A DNA stretch of 64,000 nucleotides, from positions 1 to 64,000 of the forward strand of contig NZ_MWQY01000021.1 of NCBI RefSeq assembly GCF_002087085.1, written 5' to 3'. Made by a program: the position numbers and the translations under genes. The notes under the pieces were generated by a model. The model was given only the letters and a program-made list of their open reading frames with translations. It was not told the DNA's origin and did no database searches. Positions within the stretch are counted from its first letter, which is position 1; each line of letters opens with the position of its first letter. Shown here piece by piece: positions 10,156-21,038 of the stretch.

Positions 10156-11385
10156 TCAGTGGGAAGGCTTATTCCATCCATATTTTATTACCCGCACAAC
10201 AGTACCTATAATAATTCTTAGACGTGTTCTTAAGTCCAATTGTTTCCATGCTTTTCTTAATGGAACACCTTTAAATCGTGTTACAGGGATACCTAATAAC
10301 TTTAAAACAAAAAGTCTTCCCCAGATAGCGCATCGTCGGTTGATAATACCGGAATCAGTTCCCTGAGATCGAAGTATTTCATCCTTTTTAATTTCTCTTA
10401 GGACGAGATAACCATCTTTTATTGCATCCTCTACGATAGAACATCCTTTCTTTGTTCTGGCGACAACAATGGAAAGGCCTAGGTTGCCATCATGCTTATA
10501 TAAATGCCATGCATCGCCACATGCAATGTCAGCAAGATCACCCATACCATCTGCACACAGCCTACATCGCAACCCTCTAGAAGCTTGAAGTATATGCCAA
10601 GATTCTGCATATGAATATAAATTGTAATTCTGTAAATCTTTTGTTTTTATTCTAAACTCACCTGGCCAGCCATTACCCCTATAATGTACTTCTTGAAGAT
10701 TTTCCATCCTACCATCCATAAAATCATTTACCAGGTCAAACGCACTCTTGGTAGCAGGCACTCCTGCACAAAAAAAAGACAAAACTAAAGGTATACATTC
10801 TAATAATTCTGGCTGTTGTTTTATTGTCAGCGCCAATGCGGCTACGTCACAAGGTTTACCTACAAAAACATATTTTTTTTTATTTTCTCTTATAACTGAG
10901 AAATGTTCACATGGCGATGAAGGTGCATAACGAGATCCTGCCTTCTGTAAGATTTCAACAGAAGACTGACTGATTACATTACAGTTTTTCCAAGGTTCTG
11001 CAGCATCCATACCTGTATGCGCTACATAATCAATAAGATCATTTTCGAGACAGTATGTTGAAATAGCAGTTATTATACCTCCGGAAGAACCGATCCTCCG
11101 AACATCCTGATTTGCTGCATGTCCAATCCAAGCCTTAACAACCGGCCCTACCAAAGGATCAACAGAGATTTTGTTAACCTGTGCTGGTACACATATTCCC
11201 GGACATACCTTAAGAGACTTCTTGTTTTCTTCTGGAGTTAGATCTCTTAACAAAGCTGGGCGTAACCCCTCCTCTGGATAGTCAATCATAATAGCAACAT
11301 CGCTTCCTAATATATGAGTGCATGCACCACAACCGATACAAAGCCGGTTATTAATTACATCTAATAGTGTATTACAGTTCCGCAT
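10156..11385 (-). CDS. Coenzyme F420 hydrogenase beta subunit (FrhB)-family Fe-S protein
   Basis: CIGCGAC ferredoxin motif, SSGGIIT, GSRY, VGKPC, FCAG, YRGNGWPG, CRLC, ADIACGDAW. Confidence 0.85.
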   Translation of the reverse strand: MRNCNTLLDVINNRLCIGCGACTHILGSDVAIMIDYPEEGLRPALLRDLTPEENKKSLKVCPGICVPAQVNKISVDPLVGPVVKAWIGHAANQDVRRIGSSGGIITAISTYCLENDLIDYVAHTGMDAAEPWKNCNVISQSSVEILQKAGSRYAPSSPCEHFSVIRENKKKYVFVGKPCDVAALALTIKQQPELLECIPLVLSFFCAGVPATKSAFDLVNDFMDGRMENLQEVHYRGNGWPGEFRIKTKDLQNYNLYSYAESWHILQASRGLRCRLCADGMGDLADIACGDAWHLYKHDGNLGLSIVVARTKKGCSIVEDAIKDGYLVLREIKKDEILRSQGTDSGIINRRCAIWGRLFVLKLLGIPVTRFKGVPLRKAWKQLDLRTRLRIIIGTVVRVIKYGWNKPSH

Positions 11386-12676
11386 AATTCCTCAACTTTT
11401 GTTCATCTACTTCTTGTTTAATATTTCCTACTAGACCAAGAAATGAGAAAAAGAAAAACAATATCTGTCCAAAATACGAGACTCCGACGAAAGAAACAGC
11501 ATGTGTAAAAATAACAGCGAACAAAGACCATATATATATTTTTTTATTCGTTTCAACAGTACTTCTATATGATATCACAAGGATCTTGAAACTGTTTAAA
11601 AGAATCAAAATAAACAATACCAAAGTGATTATTCCACCTCGAACTCCTTGAAGAATATACATATTTGTAATATCTTGTAATCCCCATCCCCAATGTGCTG
11701 TTGATCTTATTCCAAATATCATCCACTCATTTAAATTTGTTACAGCTCTATCTATTAATAAATACCTATGATATCCTGTAGATCCACCTGTTATATCGAT
11801 TCTAGATAACAAATGCCAGACAGGAGCATCCATAAAATAATTTAATGCGATTATACAAATAACTCCTATAACTATAATATCTTTTAATCTATTTTGATAT
11901 TTTCGCAATGAAACTGCAAATAAACCAGCCATTAAAGAGAGTATTGGCCCACTTGAACCCGAGGCAAATGTTATAAATATTCCTGCTAATAAACTGACCC
12001 AAATGATTCTATTTCCACGATTGAATTTACTTTTCAGTAATCCGTATGAGAACGTGAAAATTGTTGCACCATATGTACCAAATAAAATAGCATGTGAGAA
12101 TGAACTCTGAACCCTCACCTGTCCATTACGAATCCATACTACTTCTCGAACACCGCCCAATGCACCAAAAGGATTTATATGTGTAATATATTCATAAGCA
12201 GCAAAAAAAGCCAATATAGAAGTGAACATTAAAAGTGATTTACCGAAGATTTTTAGCTGCGTCCTTGACCTTGTATAGATCCGTACAACAAGATAAGCCC
12301 CTAAGGAATCAATACTGTAGCCGATTCTATTAAGTAAAGCTGAAATACTTGTCCACAGGAATGTATAAGCTACCATGAGCACAATAATGTACATCACTAT
12401 CAACACATCAAAATTAGTAATAACAAAACCAGAATATTCATTCCTTATAATTTTTCGAATGAAAATGCAAATTATAAGTATTCTTAGATATGGAAAGTCA
12501 ATACCATAGACGACAATGCGTTGTCTCGCAGCAACAAATAAACCAACAAATATCAGTCCTACGATCACATAGTTTTTATCAGAAAAAAATACCCATATTA
12601 TTGATGATAACAATATAAAAATTGTAATAGGATGAGTAATAGTCTCATTATAGCTATACCAGTTTATTTGTCTCAT
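11372..12676 (-). CDS. Wzy/O-antigen polymerase-ligase family membrane protein
   Basis: Multiple TM segments; RVQSSFSHAILFG, ASGSSGP, STGYHR, DITNMYI; likely start MRQINWY. Confidence 0.7.
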   Translation of the reverse strand: MRQINWYSYNETITHPITIFILLSSIIWVFFSDKNYVIVGLIFVGLFVAARQRIVVYGIDFPYLRILIICIFIRKIIRNEYSGFVITNFDVLIVMYIIVLMVAYTFLWTSISALLNRIGYSIDSLGAYLVVRIYTRSRTQLKIFGKSLLMFTSILAFFAAYEYITHINPFGALGGVREVVWIRNGQVRVQSSFSHAILFGTYGATIFTFSYGLLKSKFNRGNRIIWVSLLAGIFITFASGSSGPILSLMAGLFAVSLRKYQNRLKDIIVIGVICIIALNYFMDAPVWHLLSRIDITGGSTGYHRYLLIDRAVTNLNEWMIFGIRSTAHWGWGLQDITNMYILQGVRGGIITLVLFILILLNSFKILVISYRSTVETNKKIYIWSLFAVIFTHAVSFVGVSYFGQILFFFFSFLGLVGNIKQEVDEQKLRNYAEL

Positions 12677-12686
12677 CGAATATATT

Positions 12687-13937
12687 TCAACTCTTTCTGA
12701 GAACACGCTCGATTTGATCTTTACTTTTATCCAAGAAATCAGGTATTATTTTCTCTAAATACCTTTTTGTTTTTTCACGGTTCCTATAAGAATCTATCAC
12801 AAGTTTCATAACATTTTTATTTTCTTCATATATACGTAAGTCTATAACACACTTATCTGCGCCACATATTTCAAATACGCCCTTAGCTTTATCGCTGTAA
12901 GATAATGATGCTGTTGGTACCTTTGACGAAATAGATGCAATTGTCGAATGCATCCGAGCACCACAGAACCAATTCAATTGAGCAATCACCCATTTTACTT
13001 CATTTTGATTGTAGTTTACATCGACCAATTTTACTCTATTTCTATCTGAAGCTTTCACTTTTTGATAAGTTTCATAACATGCACTTGAATCAGAAGTCTC
13101 ATCATCCTCATTACCCAACACATGGGATATTAAATAAATATTCACGGCTGTATTAGAAAGGAACCAATCTATTATTTCATCCATTATTTCTTCATAATGT
13201 ATTTTTATTTTGAAGTCTTTATAATTTTTTGATCGATTATACAGCAAACCATTTATATTAATTCCTATATTATTTTTTTTATTTTTTCCTTCCAGACACT
13301 GAACCAGGTGACTATTTTGGGGTTTTATCGCTGGTAGTTGAAATGCAAGATCCGCTCCTATATGAATCTTTTCTAAAACTTCACTGCCAATATTCAAATT
13401 TTTTATAACTTCTACACTTAATCTATCACGTGTCCAAATGCAGCTAGCTTTTTCCATAATCCTTTTTGCTTCTTTTCGTGCATAAATACTTTTAAATGGT
13501 CCATAAGTCTGTGGCAGTAGGATTAAAGGTGTTTTCATTCTCAAAACTATCTTCTTTCTTAAGAGTGTAGCCTTAAATCTTTTTGCACCATACATATCGG
13601 TGAAGCTATCTCCACCTGTGATATCCAATACAAAATCAGCATTTTTTATATTTTTAACACATTTATTGTAAAGTCCACCGAAAAAGCTACAAAAAGTCAT
13701 ATTCCATAAATTGTCTGGCCTTAGGAACCTTTTCGAGTAAAAGCTTCCATACGTTTCTAACTCTATCACCCTTCCATCAATAATGACATACTCAGTTCTC
13801 CATCCTTTAGTGAAACATAGCATAGTTATTTTAGCATCGGGATATATTCTTGCAATCCCAGCCAGTATTGAATATCCTAGTGCAGACACACCCAAATTTC
13901 CAGTGTCAAATGAAGCACCCATTATCACTATATTCAT
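12687..13937 (-). CDS. Polysaccharide pyruvyl transferase (WcaK-like)
   Basis: GNLGVSAL, GGDSFTDMYG, PQTYGPF, TRDRLS, GARMHSTI. Confidence 0.85.
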   Translation of the reverse strand: MNIVIMGASFDTGNLGVSALGYSILAGIARIYPDAKITMLCFTKGWRTEYVIIDGRVIELETYGSFYSKRFLRPDNLWNMTFCSFFGGLYNKCVKNIKNADFVLDITGGDSFTDMYGAKRFKATLLRKKIVLRMKTPLILLPQTYGPFKSIYARKEAKRIMEKASCIWTRDRLSVEVIKNLNIGSEVLEKIHIGADLAFQLPAIKPQNSHLVQCLEGKNKKNNIGININGLLYNRSKNYKDFKIKIHYEEIMDEIIDWFLSNTAVNIYLISHVLGNEDDETSDSSACYETYQKVKASDRNRVKLVDVNYNQNEVKWVIAQLNWFCGARMHSTIASISSKVPTASLSYSDKAKGVFEICGADKCVIDLRIYEENKNVMKLVIDSYRNREKTKRYLEKIIPDFLDKSKDQIERVLRKS

Positions 13938-13960
13938 AATATTTGTATGTTACTTTCCTT

Positions 13961-15427
13961 TTATCGGAAATTCTTTTTTAACCTTTCGCGTAATCGTTTA
14001 GGAATTTTTTTGGTCCAATTACGTCCATTTTTGCAGTATGAAACATCCAAAAGTTCGGGCCACATAAAATCGACTAATGATACTAAAAAATCATTTTTTA
14101 AAAATTCATTCACATTTATACTGGACACTATTTCTAGGATTAGTCGATTATTAAAAGGTGATAGTGACTCATAAAACAGTTGCGAGCCTGTTTCCCCAGG
14201 ACTCATCCATCTTGATCGTTGTTCAAGATACATAAGATTATATGCTGTAATCGGTGAAACATCAGGAAGAGATTGAAACCATCTGTTCACTGCATACTTT
14301 ATTTTCACTGGCCTGTTATAAAACTCCTTTAGTAGACTCTCTATTTTCACATTTTTAGGTTTTTTTCTATGCCAGTAAAAGCTTTTACATATTGCACCTA
14401 GATTACCATTCACGTGAACTGTATTATGTCCAGATAACAAATTGCATGTAGAGACAATCTCTCTTCTTTTTCCTATCGACATAAATGAACTATTTTGATC
14501 ATATAATTTCAATAGCCACTTTTCAGGCCTAAGGATTGGATAAACCTTGTGATTCAAATTGAAAGTATCTGCCAATCTTTTGCTTAAAACGTAATCACAG
14601 TTTTTTAGATCTTTATCAGCAATAGTAAAATAATGGAGACTATTTTTAATGTTTCGTGATGCGGATAGATTAACTCTAGTATCTTTACCACCTGTCAATG
14701 AAACTATTAAGTCCCATTCCTTAGAAGCATATTCAAGAGTATTTCTAAGAATTTTAGAAACTTTTTCTAATGCATCAGAGTAGGAAATATTCTGTGTTGA
14801 TTTCTTAGGCCAAAACCTTTCTATAACGCCAGTCGTTAAATTCAATTTATGATTTGCCATTAGTGCTCTGATATTTTTATATGGCGTTAAATCACCAGGA
14901 TACCATTCATCTGACGATCCAAAAGGAAAACATGAATCCAAATCTTTGTCTCTTTCTACATTTTTTGATATTAACAAAGGAGTGGATGCAACTGAATAAG
15001 AAGAATAATACACCCCTCTGAGAGCCGCAGGATCGGTAAAAATGCTAATCGATTCGGATTCACATAAAACTATTACATACGACCCAGATAAGAACTCACA
15101 AAAATCATCAATTTCGTTTCCTATATCCAAAGATTTCTTAATGAAATTAGTGGATTCTAAGAGAGTGTCTAAATGAGGAACTAGTAAAATACCTAATATA
15201 ATTATCCGCTTAACTTTTGGTTCACTTATATTTATCATCCGGACATTCAGATCCGGATGATAATATAAAACAAAATCTTTCGATAGTACTACATTATTCC
15301 AATTTTTATAGTAAAAATCACTATTCTTTCTAAGGATAACCCATTGTCTTCTGAATTTATATTTATTCTGTGAAAATGAGGTTATGGTCATAAAGTCACC
15401 AATAATTCTCGGCTTACAAATACTCAA
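13961..15427 (-). CDS. Divergent asparagine-synthetase-like protein (adenine nucleotide alpha-hydrolase)
   Basis: TDPAALRGVYY Ntn-like segment, PP-loop variant SLTGGKDTR, SPFNNR. Confidence 0.6.
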   Translation of the reverse strand: MSICKPRIIGDFMTITSFSQNKYKFRRQWVILRKNSDFYYKNWNNVVLSKDFVLYYHPDLNVRMINISEPKVKRIIILGILLVPHLDTLLESTNFIKKSLDIGNEIDDFCEFLSGSYVIVLCESESISIFTDPAALRGVYYSSYSVASTPLLISKNVERDKDLDSCFPFGSSDEWYPGDLTPYKNIRALMANHKLNLTTGVIERFWPKKSTQNISYSDALEKVSKILRNTLEYASKEWDLIVSLTGGKDTRVNLSASRNIKNSLHYFTIADKDLKNCDYVLSKRLADTFNLNHKVYPILRPEKWLLKLYDQNSSFMSIGKRREIVSTCNLLSGHNTVHVNGNLGAICKSFYWHRKKPKNVKIESLLKEFYNRPVKIKYAVNRWFQSLPDVSPITAYNLMYLEQRSRWMSPGETGSQLFYESLSPFNNRLILEIVSSINVNEFLKNDFLVSLVDFMWPELLDVSYCKNGRNWTKKIPKRLRERLKKNFR

Positions 15428-16845
15428 TAATTGTTGCGATATTCATTCCACATATCAGTCACAAAATCAGAATTACCACATTGATAATCTTCAGGATCAG
15501 CTGAGCTGTAAAGCGATTTAATATAACTCCCAGACTCTCTCATCCATCGATCTAAATAATCAAAATATGCAGGATGATCCCATTCATTTTTAATACCCAA
15601 AACTATTGCTGAGAAACCAACCCCCAGCCATGCCCTACTATTAATGACGCGGTACACCTCCCGCTTTCCACCACCACCATCACTAACAAGATCCCATTCA
15701 CTCGGGTCTAAATGCTCATGTTCTTGGCTGCCATTGGTAGAAGATTGCCTCCAAAACGGTATTGGTGTTCTACTATAAGAAGTCCAAGTATTTCCCGCTG
15801 TAACTATGCTACTTGAAATTGATGAATGATGATCAGACCAATAGTAAGTTTTATCAACGGAACGCGATAATGTTTTATTAGACCCGCTCGTAAAAGCACT
15901 TAAAATTGTATTATCTCCCAGCATTAAGCCAGCGAATAATACCGGCCACTCTATAAATGCACTATCACCATTACCAAGAATACACATGTGGTACCAATCA
16001 ATTCCATTCTGTATAGCGTACAACACTAAATCTTCATTCTGTATACCTTCTGTTAAAAGAAGTGTTGCTATTGTGCTTAAGTTGCTAACCACCTCTCTAT
16101 GGTAACTAGGCATATTCATTGCTGGATGAATTGACCGGGCTAACCAATCAGTATTATGTGTGATCCATGGTCTTTGAATTAATCTTGAATAATAATCAAT
16201 ATTCGAAGGGGCACTATTGGTGGGCGAAAGCTGTGGTAATAAATTAAAATTTAGATTATCGGCACTATATACAGGTTTATCATCTCCAACAAATGGTGGC
16301 CGGAAAGTATTAGCAGTCTGTTCCTCGGATACACATGTTAATACTGCAGCTGACCAAAGTGAGCAATGATTTAAACTTGGTTTTTTCCCATCAACAGTCT
16401 CTATTTGCCCATCAGAATTTAATCGGAAATCGCTTATACTTTCTGTAGAAACAATTGATTGACCAGGAAATAATGTTATTGGAAAAGAAATAACTTTGCT
16501 CGCATTCCAACCATTTGCATTCTCATCATATGCCTGTCCATTTCCAGTCATTGGATTTATCATCGATCCATTCCCAAATCTTGTGACTCCATTTGCAGTT
16601 ACAGTTCCTGGTGCAGGAGAAACAGATTCGATTGTTACCGGACCGACGACCCAGTAATCTCCTGTTATATAAGTACCGAAAAAAACAGGTTCACTGAATG
16701 TCCAGGTAATTCCATACTGAGATATTTCAGTTGTTTTCGATGCTGTTAAAACCTTCAAACCAGACAGCTTAGCCTGAGCATGTAAAATCATAGAGCTATA
16801 TGCTACTATCAACAAACATATTATTTTAAGGCATTTAAATTTCAT
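15424..16845 (-). CDS. Secreted hypothetical protein of the EPS locus
   Basis: GGGAGG RBS, signal peptide MKFKCLKII...LHA; aromatic-rich, WDHPAYFDYLDRW. Confidence 0.55.
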   Translation of the reverse strand: MKFKCLKIICLLIVAYSSMILHAQAKLSGLKVLTASKTTEISQYGITWTFSEPVFFGTYITGDYWVVGPVTIESVSPAPGTVTANGVTRFGNGSMINPMTGNGQAYDENANGWNASKVISFPITLFPGQSIVSTESISDFRLNSDGQIETVDGKKPSLNHCSLWSAAVLTCVSEEQTANTFRPPFVGDDKPVYSADNLNFNLLPQLSPTNSAPSNIDYYSRLIQRPWITHNTDWLARSIHPAMNMPSYHREVVSNLSTIATLLLTEGIQNEDLVLYAIQNGIDWYHMCILGNGDSAFIEWPVLFAGLMLGDNTILSAFTSGSNKTLSRSVDKTYYWSDHHSSISSSIVTAGNTWTSYSRTPIPFWRQSSTNGSQEHEHLDPSEWDLVSDGGGGKREVYRVINSRAWLGVGFSAIVLGIKNEWDHPAYFDYLDRWMRESGSYIKSLYSSADPEDYQCGNSDFVTDMWNEYRNNY

Positions 16846-16989
16846 AGTATCCCTCCCAAGGCGTTTCCATGCACTAAATATATCTCGTCTAACTGATAAA
16901 ATCATAACAATAGTTAATTTTTCACAAAAAATAGGCTTACTGTACTTAACACATTTTAGCGATACCATCATCTTCGACGGGTTAATACA

Positions 16990-17487
16990 CTATGCATCAG
17001 ATTTTGGTATGCTGTTACGGATAAAATATTGAATATGAGCAATAAGCGAATCAGAAGCAGATTTGGATATAGCGCTACCGCTTGTAAACGTTATGGCAAC
17101 ATCCAGAAGATCTTCAACATCAGTTTCACTTTTCGCAACTAAAACACCTTCATATTTTCCAATGTTCTCTGCTGTGTGTACCTGATGATTATTCCTGTGT
17201 TCACCATATATCTGTAGCCGAGGAAGTATAATGATAGGCTTGGCAAGTTCAAGAGACTTTAGAATACTGCCCATTCCTGCATGAGAAACAACCACATCAG
17301 CTTTCTTCACATACTGCTCAAACTGTTCCGGTTTAATAAATTGTGATGCAGAAAATCCGGAAGGAAAGTATCCACCAGGACCAACCTGAAAGATAACATC
17401 ACTAGCTTTGTGCTTTTTTGCCCAAGCTTCAACAGTTCTCACCAAGCGGTTAAAAGGGAGCTGCATTCCAACAGTAACAAAAATCAC
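16990..17487 (-). CDS. PssE/Cps14G/Alg13-like glycosyltransferase (GT28 C-terminal subunit)
   Basis: GTG start giving (M)IFVTVGMQLPFNRL; SHAGMGSI; GEHRNNHQ. Confidence 0.85.
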   Translation of the reverse strand: MIFVTVGMQLPFNRLVRTVEAWAKKHKASDVIFQVGPGGYFPSGFSASQFIKPEQFEQYVKKADVVVSHAGMGSILKSLELAKPIIILPRLQIYGEHRNNHQVHTAENIGKYEGVLVAKSETDVEDLLDVAITFTSGSAISKSASDSLIAHIQYFIRNSIPKSDA

Positions 17488-17933
17488 ATAACAGCTCCTT
17501 TGTATTCTGGCCCCTTCGGACAGGCTAAATCGTTCCATTGTGTCAGCCATTGATCTGAAAACCATCTGGCGAGTCGACCAGACATAGACATCTTTTCAAC
17601 ATTCGCAATGCTGTCAAGCCACAAAGTTTTTGCACCAAGTAATTTCCCAAATACAAGAACAAAAAGCCCTGGAGCAGCCCCTGTGGTAATCACTACCCTT
17701 GGCTTTACCCGAATAACGATCCATAGCGCAGAAAACATGCATCTAACTAAAGACAGCTTCGTCCACCTATTGGCGTCAGGTATTATATAAAGCGGACATC
17801 CCGCAATATCTAACTGTGAATCGGGATTTACGGTTGCATAAACCACATTGAAACCTTCGAATGCGGTTCTCAAACGTAAGAGTTGAACCCAATGTCCGCC
17901 CCCTGAGGAAACAGCTAGAACTTTATCTCTCAT
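17484..17933 (-). CDS. PssD/Cps14F/Alg14-like glycosyltransferase subunit
   Basis: SSGGGHWVQL, ITTGAAPG, DSIAN, LTQW. Confidence 0.9.
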   Translation of the reverse strand: MRDKVLAVSSGGGHWVQLLRLRTAFEGFNVVYATVNPDSQLDIAGCPLYIIPDANRWTKLSLVRCMFSALWIVIRVKPRVVITTGAAPGLFVLVFGKLLGAKTLWLDSIANVEKMSMSGRLARWFSDQWLTQWNDLACPKGPEYKGAVM

Positions 17934-17951
17934 TATTGTTTCTCTTTCCTT

Positions 17952-18791
17952 TTAACTCTTGATCCGAGATGATTCATCTCGCTCCCATTTCTTTCTTCCA
18001 GTAAATTGATTCATCTTACCCTTAAATTTGGCAACGAGTGAAACATAAATGTAAATAAGTGAATCTTTTATTGAAACTTTTTGTTCAATCATTCGTTTTA
18101 AACTTAATGTCGGTGAAGTGGTCTCATTGTTAAATAGTTTAGGGTATTTTTTTCGTAATTCATAAGTTCCACCATGTGATCTGCTTTTTATTTTTATAAG
18201 ATTAGCAAGATCCCTTGGGGTAGTAACAACTACGCTGCTCGATTTCACTGTAACCCTTTCTGAAGGGTGGAAGTGCAGCCGAACAAAGCCGTCATCTGCT
18301 ATTATATCTGGAAATTCTTCAAACCGTCTGCGTCCCTCTTCAGATAAACCATAAGCACCGGCGATTCTCCCGGATTCAAAATAGGGCATCCGTCTCCAGA
18401 CCCTATAATATGCTTTAACTGCTGAACTGGCCGTTGAATCGTCAAAAATAAACTCTGGTGCTGCTGCTAAAACACCGACCTTCTCAAGTTCATCGGCAAC
18501 TTTTTTAAGGTCTGCAAAGGTAAAAATGATGTCAGAATCTACATAAAAACGAGGAAAGCTTGAAACAAGTTTATCCCCGATATTAAGTGATTGTACCTTT
18601 GATGGAATATCTGATTCTATTACCGTTATTGGTCCCGGTATGCTTCTTGCGACTTCAGCCGTTTTATCAGAACAACCATTGCAAACAACAACGACTTCCA
18701 TTTGATCAGGAGGAGCACCTTTTGTAATAGCCCTTAAAGATCGAGCAATAAATTTCTCCTCATTGTGAGCAGGCATCACAACAGATATCAT
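17952..18791 (-). CDS. Glycosyltransferase family 2
   Basis: SVVMPAHNEE, NGCSDKT, YVDSD. Confidence 0.9.
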   Translation of the reverse strand: MISVVMPAHNEEKFIARSLRAITKGAPPDQMEVVVVCNGCSDKTAEVARSIPGPITVIESDIPSKVQSLNIGDKLVSSFPRFYVDSDIIFTFADLKKVADELEKVGVLAAAPEFIFDDSTASSAVKAYYRVWRRMPYFESGRIAGAYGLSEEGRRRFEEFPDIIADDGFVRLHFHPSERVTVKSSSVVVTTPRDLANLIKIKSRSHGGTYELRKKYPKLFNNETTSPTLSLKRMIEQKVSIKDSLIYIYVSLVAKFKGKMNQFTGRKKWERDESSRIKS

Positions 18792-18792
18792 T

Positions 18793-19719
18793 CTAAACAG
18801 TCTCCCATTCGCTTCGCCTATACCATACTTTTTTCCAGGAATGAAATGATGGAGAATTATTTTTTTTGACCATAGAAATAAAAAACAAGACTGTCATCCG
18901 TGAAAAAGTCCACATTTCCAGCATCAAGATTGCATATTTTCTCTTAATCCCTTTCCAGTGTTTCCGGAAAAGCTGAACCTTAGCTGTTAGTAATCTGATC
19001 ATCTTATCCTCTTTAACTACTTCTGACGCACCCCCAAAATGGATAATTTTAGCGTCAGGGACAATAATACAAAACCTATTAATAGCCGCCGACCGCAGAC
19101 AAAGGTCGGCATCTTCTCCATACATATAAAACCGTGTATCAAAGCCTTCTAGACGATTCCATAAATCTCTATGGATCAGCAAAAAGCACCCGGTAACAAT
19201 GTCTACCCTGCGTGGTCTTTTCCAGTCCCACCACGATAGAGATTCCGGATTAAAGAAGCGTGACTTTCTGAATATAGAACTCAGGCCCGAAGCTGTAGAG
19301 AACAAACTCCATACGGTTGCCATATTCCAACCCGCAGTAGGATTACGGCTCATATCTCCAAAGAAGGTAGATCCACCATATATTCCGTATTCGGTATTTT
19401 TATCAGCAAAGTTCACAAGCTTATCGATAGCACCATCAAGAACCAAAGTGTCAGGATTCAATAATAAAATATAACGACCTTCAGCTTCTTCCGCTGCAAT
19501 GTTGTTGGCCGCGGCGAATCCCTTGTTACTGTAGAGACGGATTAATCGTACGCTGGGAAAACTTTTTTCTATCATATCAGCCGAATCATCGGTGGAATTA
19601 TTGTCTATTACCAGTATTTCAAAGTTAACCTGTTTCGTCTGCTCATAGACAGACGCAATGGCAGCACAGGTAAGCTCTGCAGTGTTGTAACTAACTATAA
19701 TTACAGAAACATCAATCAT
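18793..19719 (-). CDS. Glycosyltransferase family 2 (WbbL/rhamnosyltransferase-like)
   Basis: MIDVSVIIVSYN, DNNSTD, GFAAANN, LLNPD, FYMYGEDADLC. Confidence 0.9.
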   Translation of the reverse strand: MIDVSVIIVSYNTAELTCAAIASVYEQTKQVNFEILVIDNNSTDDSADMIEKSFPSVRLIRLYSNKGFAAANNIAAEEAEGRYILLLNPDTLVLDGAIDKLVNFADKNTEYGIYGGSTFFGDMSRNPTAGWNMATVWSLFSTASGLSSIFRKSRFFNPESLSWWDWKRPRRVDIVTGCFLLIHRDLWNRLEGFDTRFYMYGEDADLCLRSAAINRFCIIVPDAKIIHFGGASEVVKEDKMIRLLTAKVQLFRKHWKGIKRKYAILMLEMWTFSRMTVLFFISMVKKNNSPSFHSWKKVWYRRSEWETV

Positions 19720-20350
19720 TGTCTTCTTCAATTTCTCCGTTTGAGATAGCTTGTTTAAACAGATAAACAGTGACACCAATGGAAGCCTGATTTCCTAAAT
19801 CGCTAATATCTGTTCCGATTCTGTAATTAAAAGAAGTATCTCCGTCGCTGCTGCTCCGGCTAAATGCAAAACCCATACCATATTCAGCAAAAAGAGACAA
19901 AAAATCAAAAACATAAATCTCCGCACCTAACAATGCAGTTATACCGGCTGTATAAGATGTAGTTTCACTGCTGCTTAAATCATCTTCACCATCGAATTCG
20001 TACCCTAATATCAGTGAACCTCCCCAATAGGGAGATACCCTGCCGGTAAAAAAAGGTCGTTCATAGGTGCCACCCAATCCCATTTCAAAAATATTGTCGC
20101 TGCTCTCATAGTCCACATTGACTGAAGCACGTATGGCATAATCATCGGCTTTTAACTTGATGCCGACTCCGGACTGATAGTCTCCCAGGCTCAGCAGGAT
20201 ATCGCTGGTGGTAAATATCAGGCCAGGTGTATACCGACCAAAGATTAGCCCATCGGGCTCTTTGTCTGATGTATCACTTGATTCCTGTGCGTTCACAATA
20301 GCGATATTTACAAACAGGAAAAATAGAACAAATAGAAAACTCTTTTTCAT
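19712..20350 (-). CDS. Small outer-membrane beta-barrel protein
   Basis: Signal peptide (...VNA-QE), alternating amphipathic strands, SPYWGG, LFAEYG, terminal strand IGVTVYLF. Confidence 0.65.
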   Translation of the reverse strand: MKKSFLFVLFFLFVNIAIVNAQESSDTSDKEPDGLIFGRYTPGLIFTTSDILLSLGDYQSGVGIKLKADDYAIRASVNVDYESSDNIFEMGLGGTYERPFFTGRVSPYWGGSLILGYEFDGEDDLSSSETTSYTAGITALLGAEIYVFDFLSLFAEYGMGFAFSRSSSDGDTSFNYRIGTDISDLGNQASIGVTVYLFKQAISNGEIEEDND

Positions 20351-20379
20351 ATTACACCTTTTAAAACGACAGTATGTAA

Positions 20380-20847
20380 TTATTCTTTTGGCTGAGTGAG
20401 CACCAAATACCAGCCACCGGCAGGTTTAGCAGAAAAATCGGTAGAGGAGTGTATATCCAATTCCCGACCGTTGTTGAGAACTTCAGAAACTCCCAGTTCA
20501 TAGGTTCCATATCCACCAAGTTCCACGGCTGAGAGTGTTATACAAAGCTTGAAACCTGAAGTCGACTTAATATAATTCCATTTTTCTTGATCAGGATTTC
20601 GATAGTAAATATTGAAATGCTCAATTGAAGATGGCAAATCAGGTATTCGGGGTTCTTCAGCTTCCCAGGCCAGCATAAAGGAGTCCCGTTCTAAATGGAC
20701 AGGTAGGGCACCCATCTCTCCAAAGAAATCTTCCAGGGGTAGTTTACAGCCGGAAAGGTATATAAGGGCAAAGAAAAATAGTAAATACCGCAGCAGGCCG
20801 TCTGGAAAATTGTAAAAACCGCCAGGTTTGCATGACTTCATCTCCAC
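20380..20847 (-). CDS. Lipoprotein with fibronectin type III-like domain (paralog of 38875..39303)
   Basis: Lipobox LSG-C; DSFMLAW, NIYYR, YELGVS, GWYLV. Confidence 0.6.
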   Translation of the reverse strand: MEMKSCKPGGFYNFPDGLLRYLLFFFALIYLSGCKLPLEDFFGEMGALPVHLERDSFMLAWEAEEPRIPDLPSSIEHFNIYYRNPDQEKWNYIKSTSGFKLCITLSAVELGGYGTYELGVSEVLNNGRELDIHSSTDFSAKPAGGWYLVLTQPKE

Positions 20848-21038
20848 CTACCACTCTGTTCGCAATACTTGGTTGCCGTATACGTCAAACTAATAAAAAC
20901 TCCCTTAATAAGCTTATCTCCTTAATTCCTTAAGATCCAACTTATCAGGTAACTCAAAAGACTATCCTGCTTTTATGTCATGATTATGGCAGATTGACAG
21001 CAATACACCTGCTGAGTATTGTCAGTTAGGGGGCCAGC

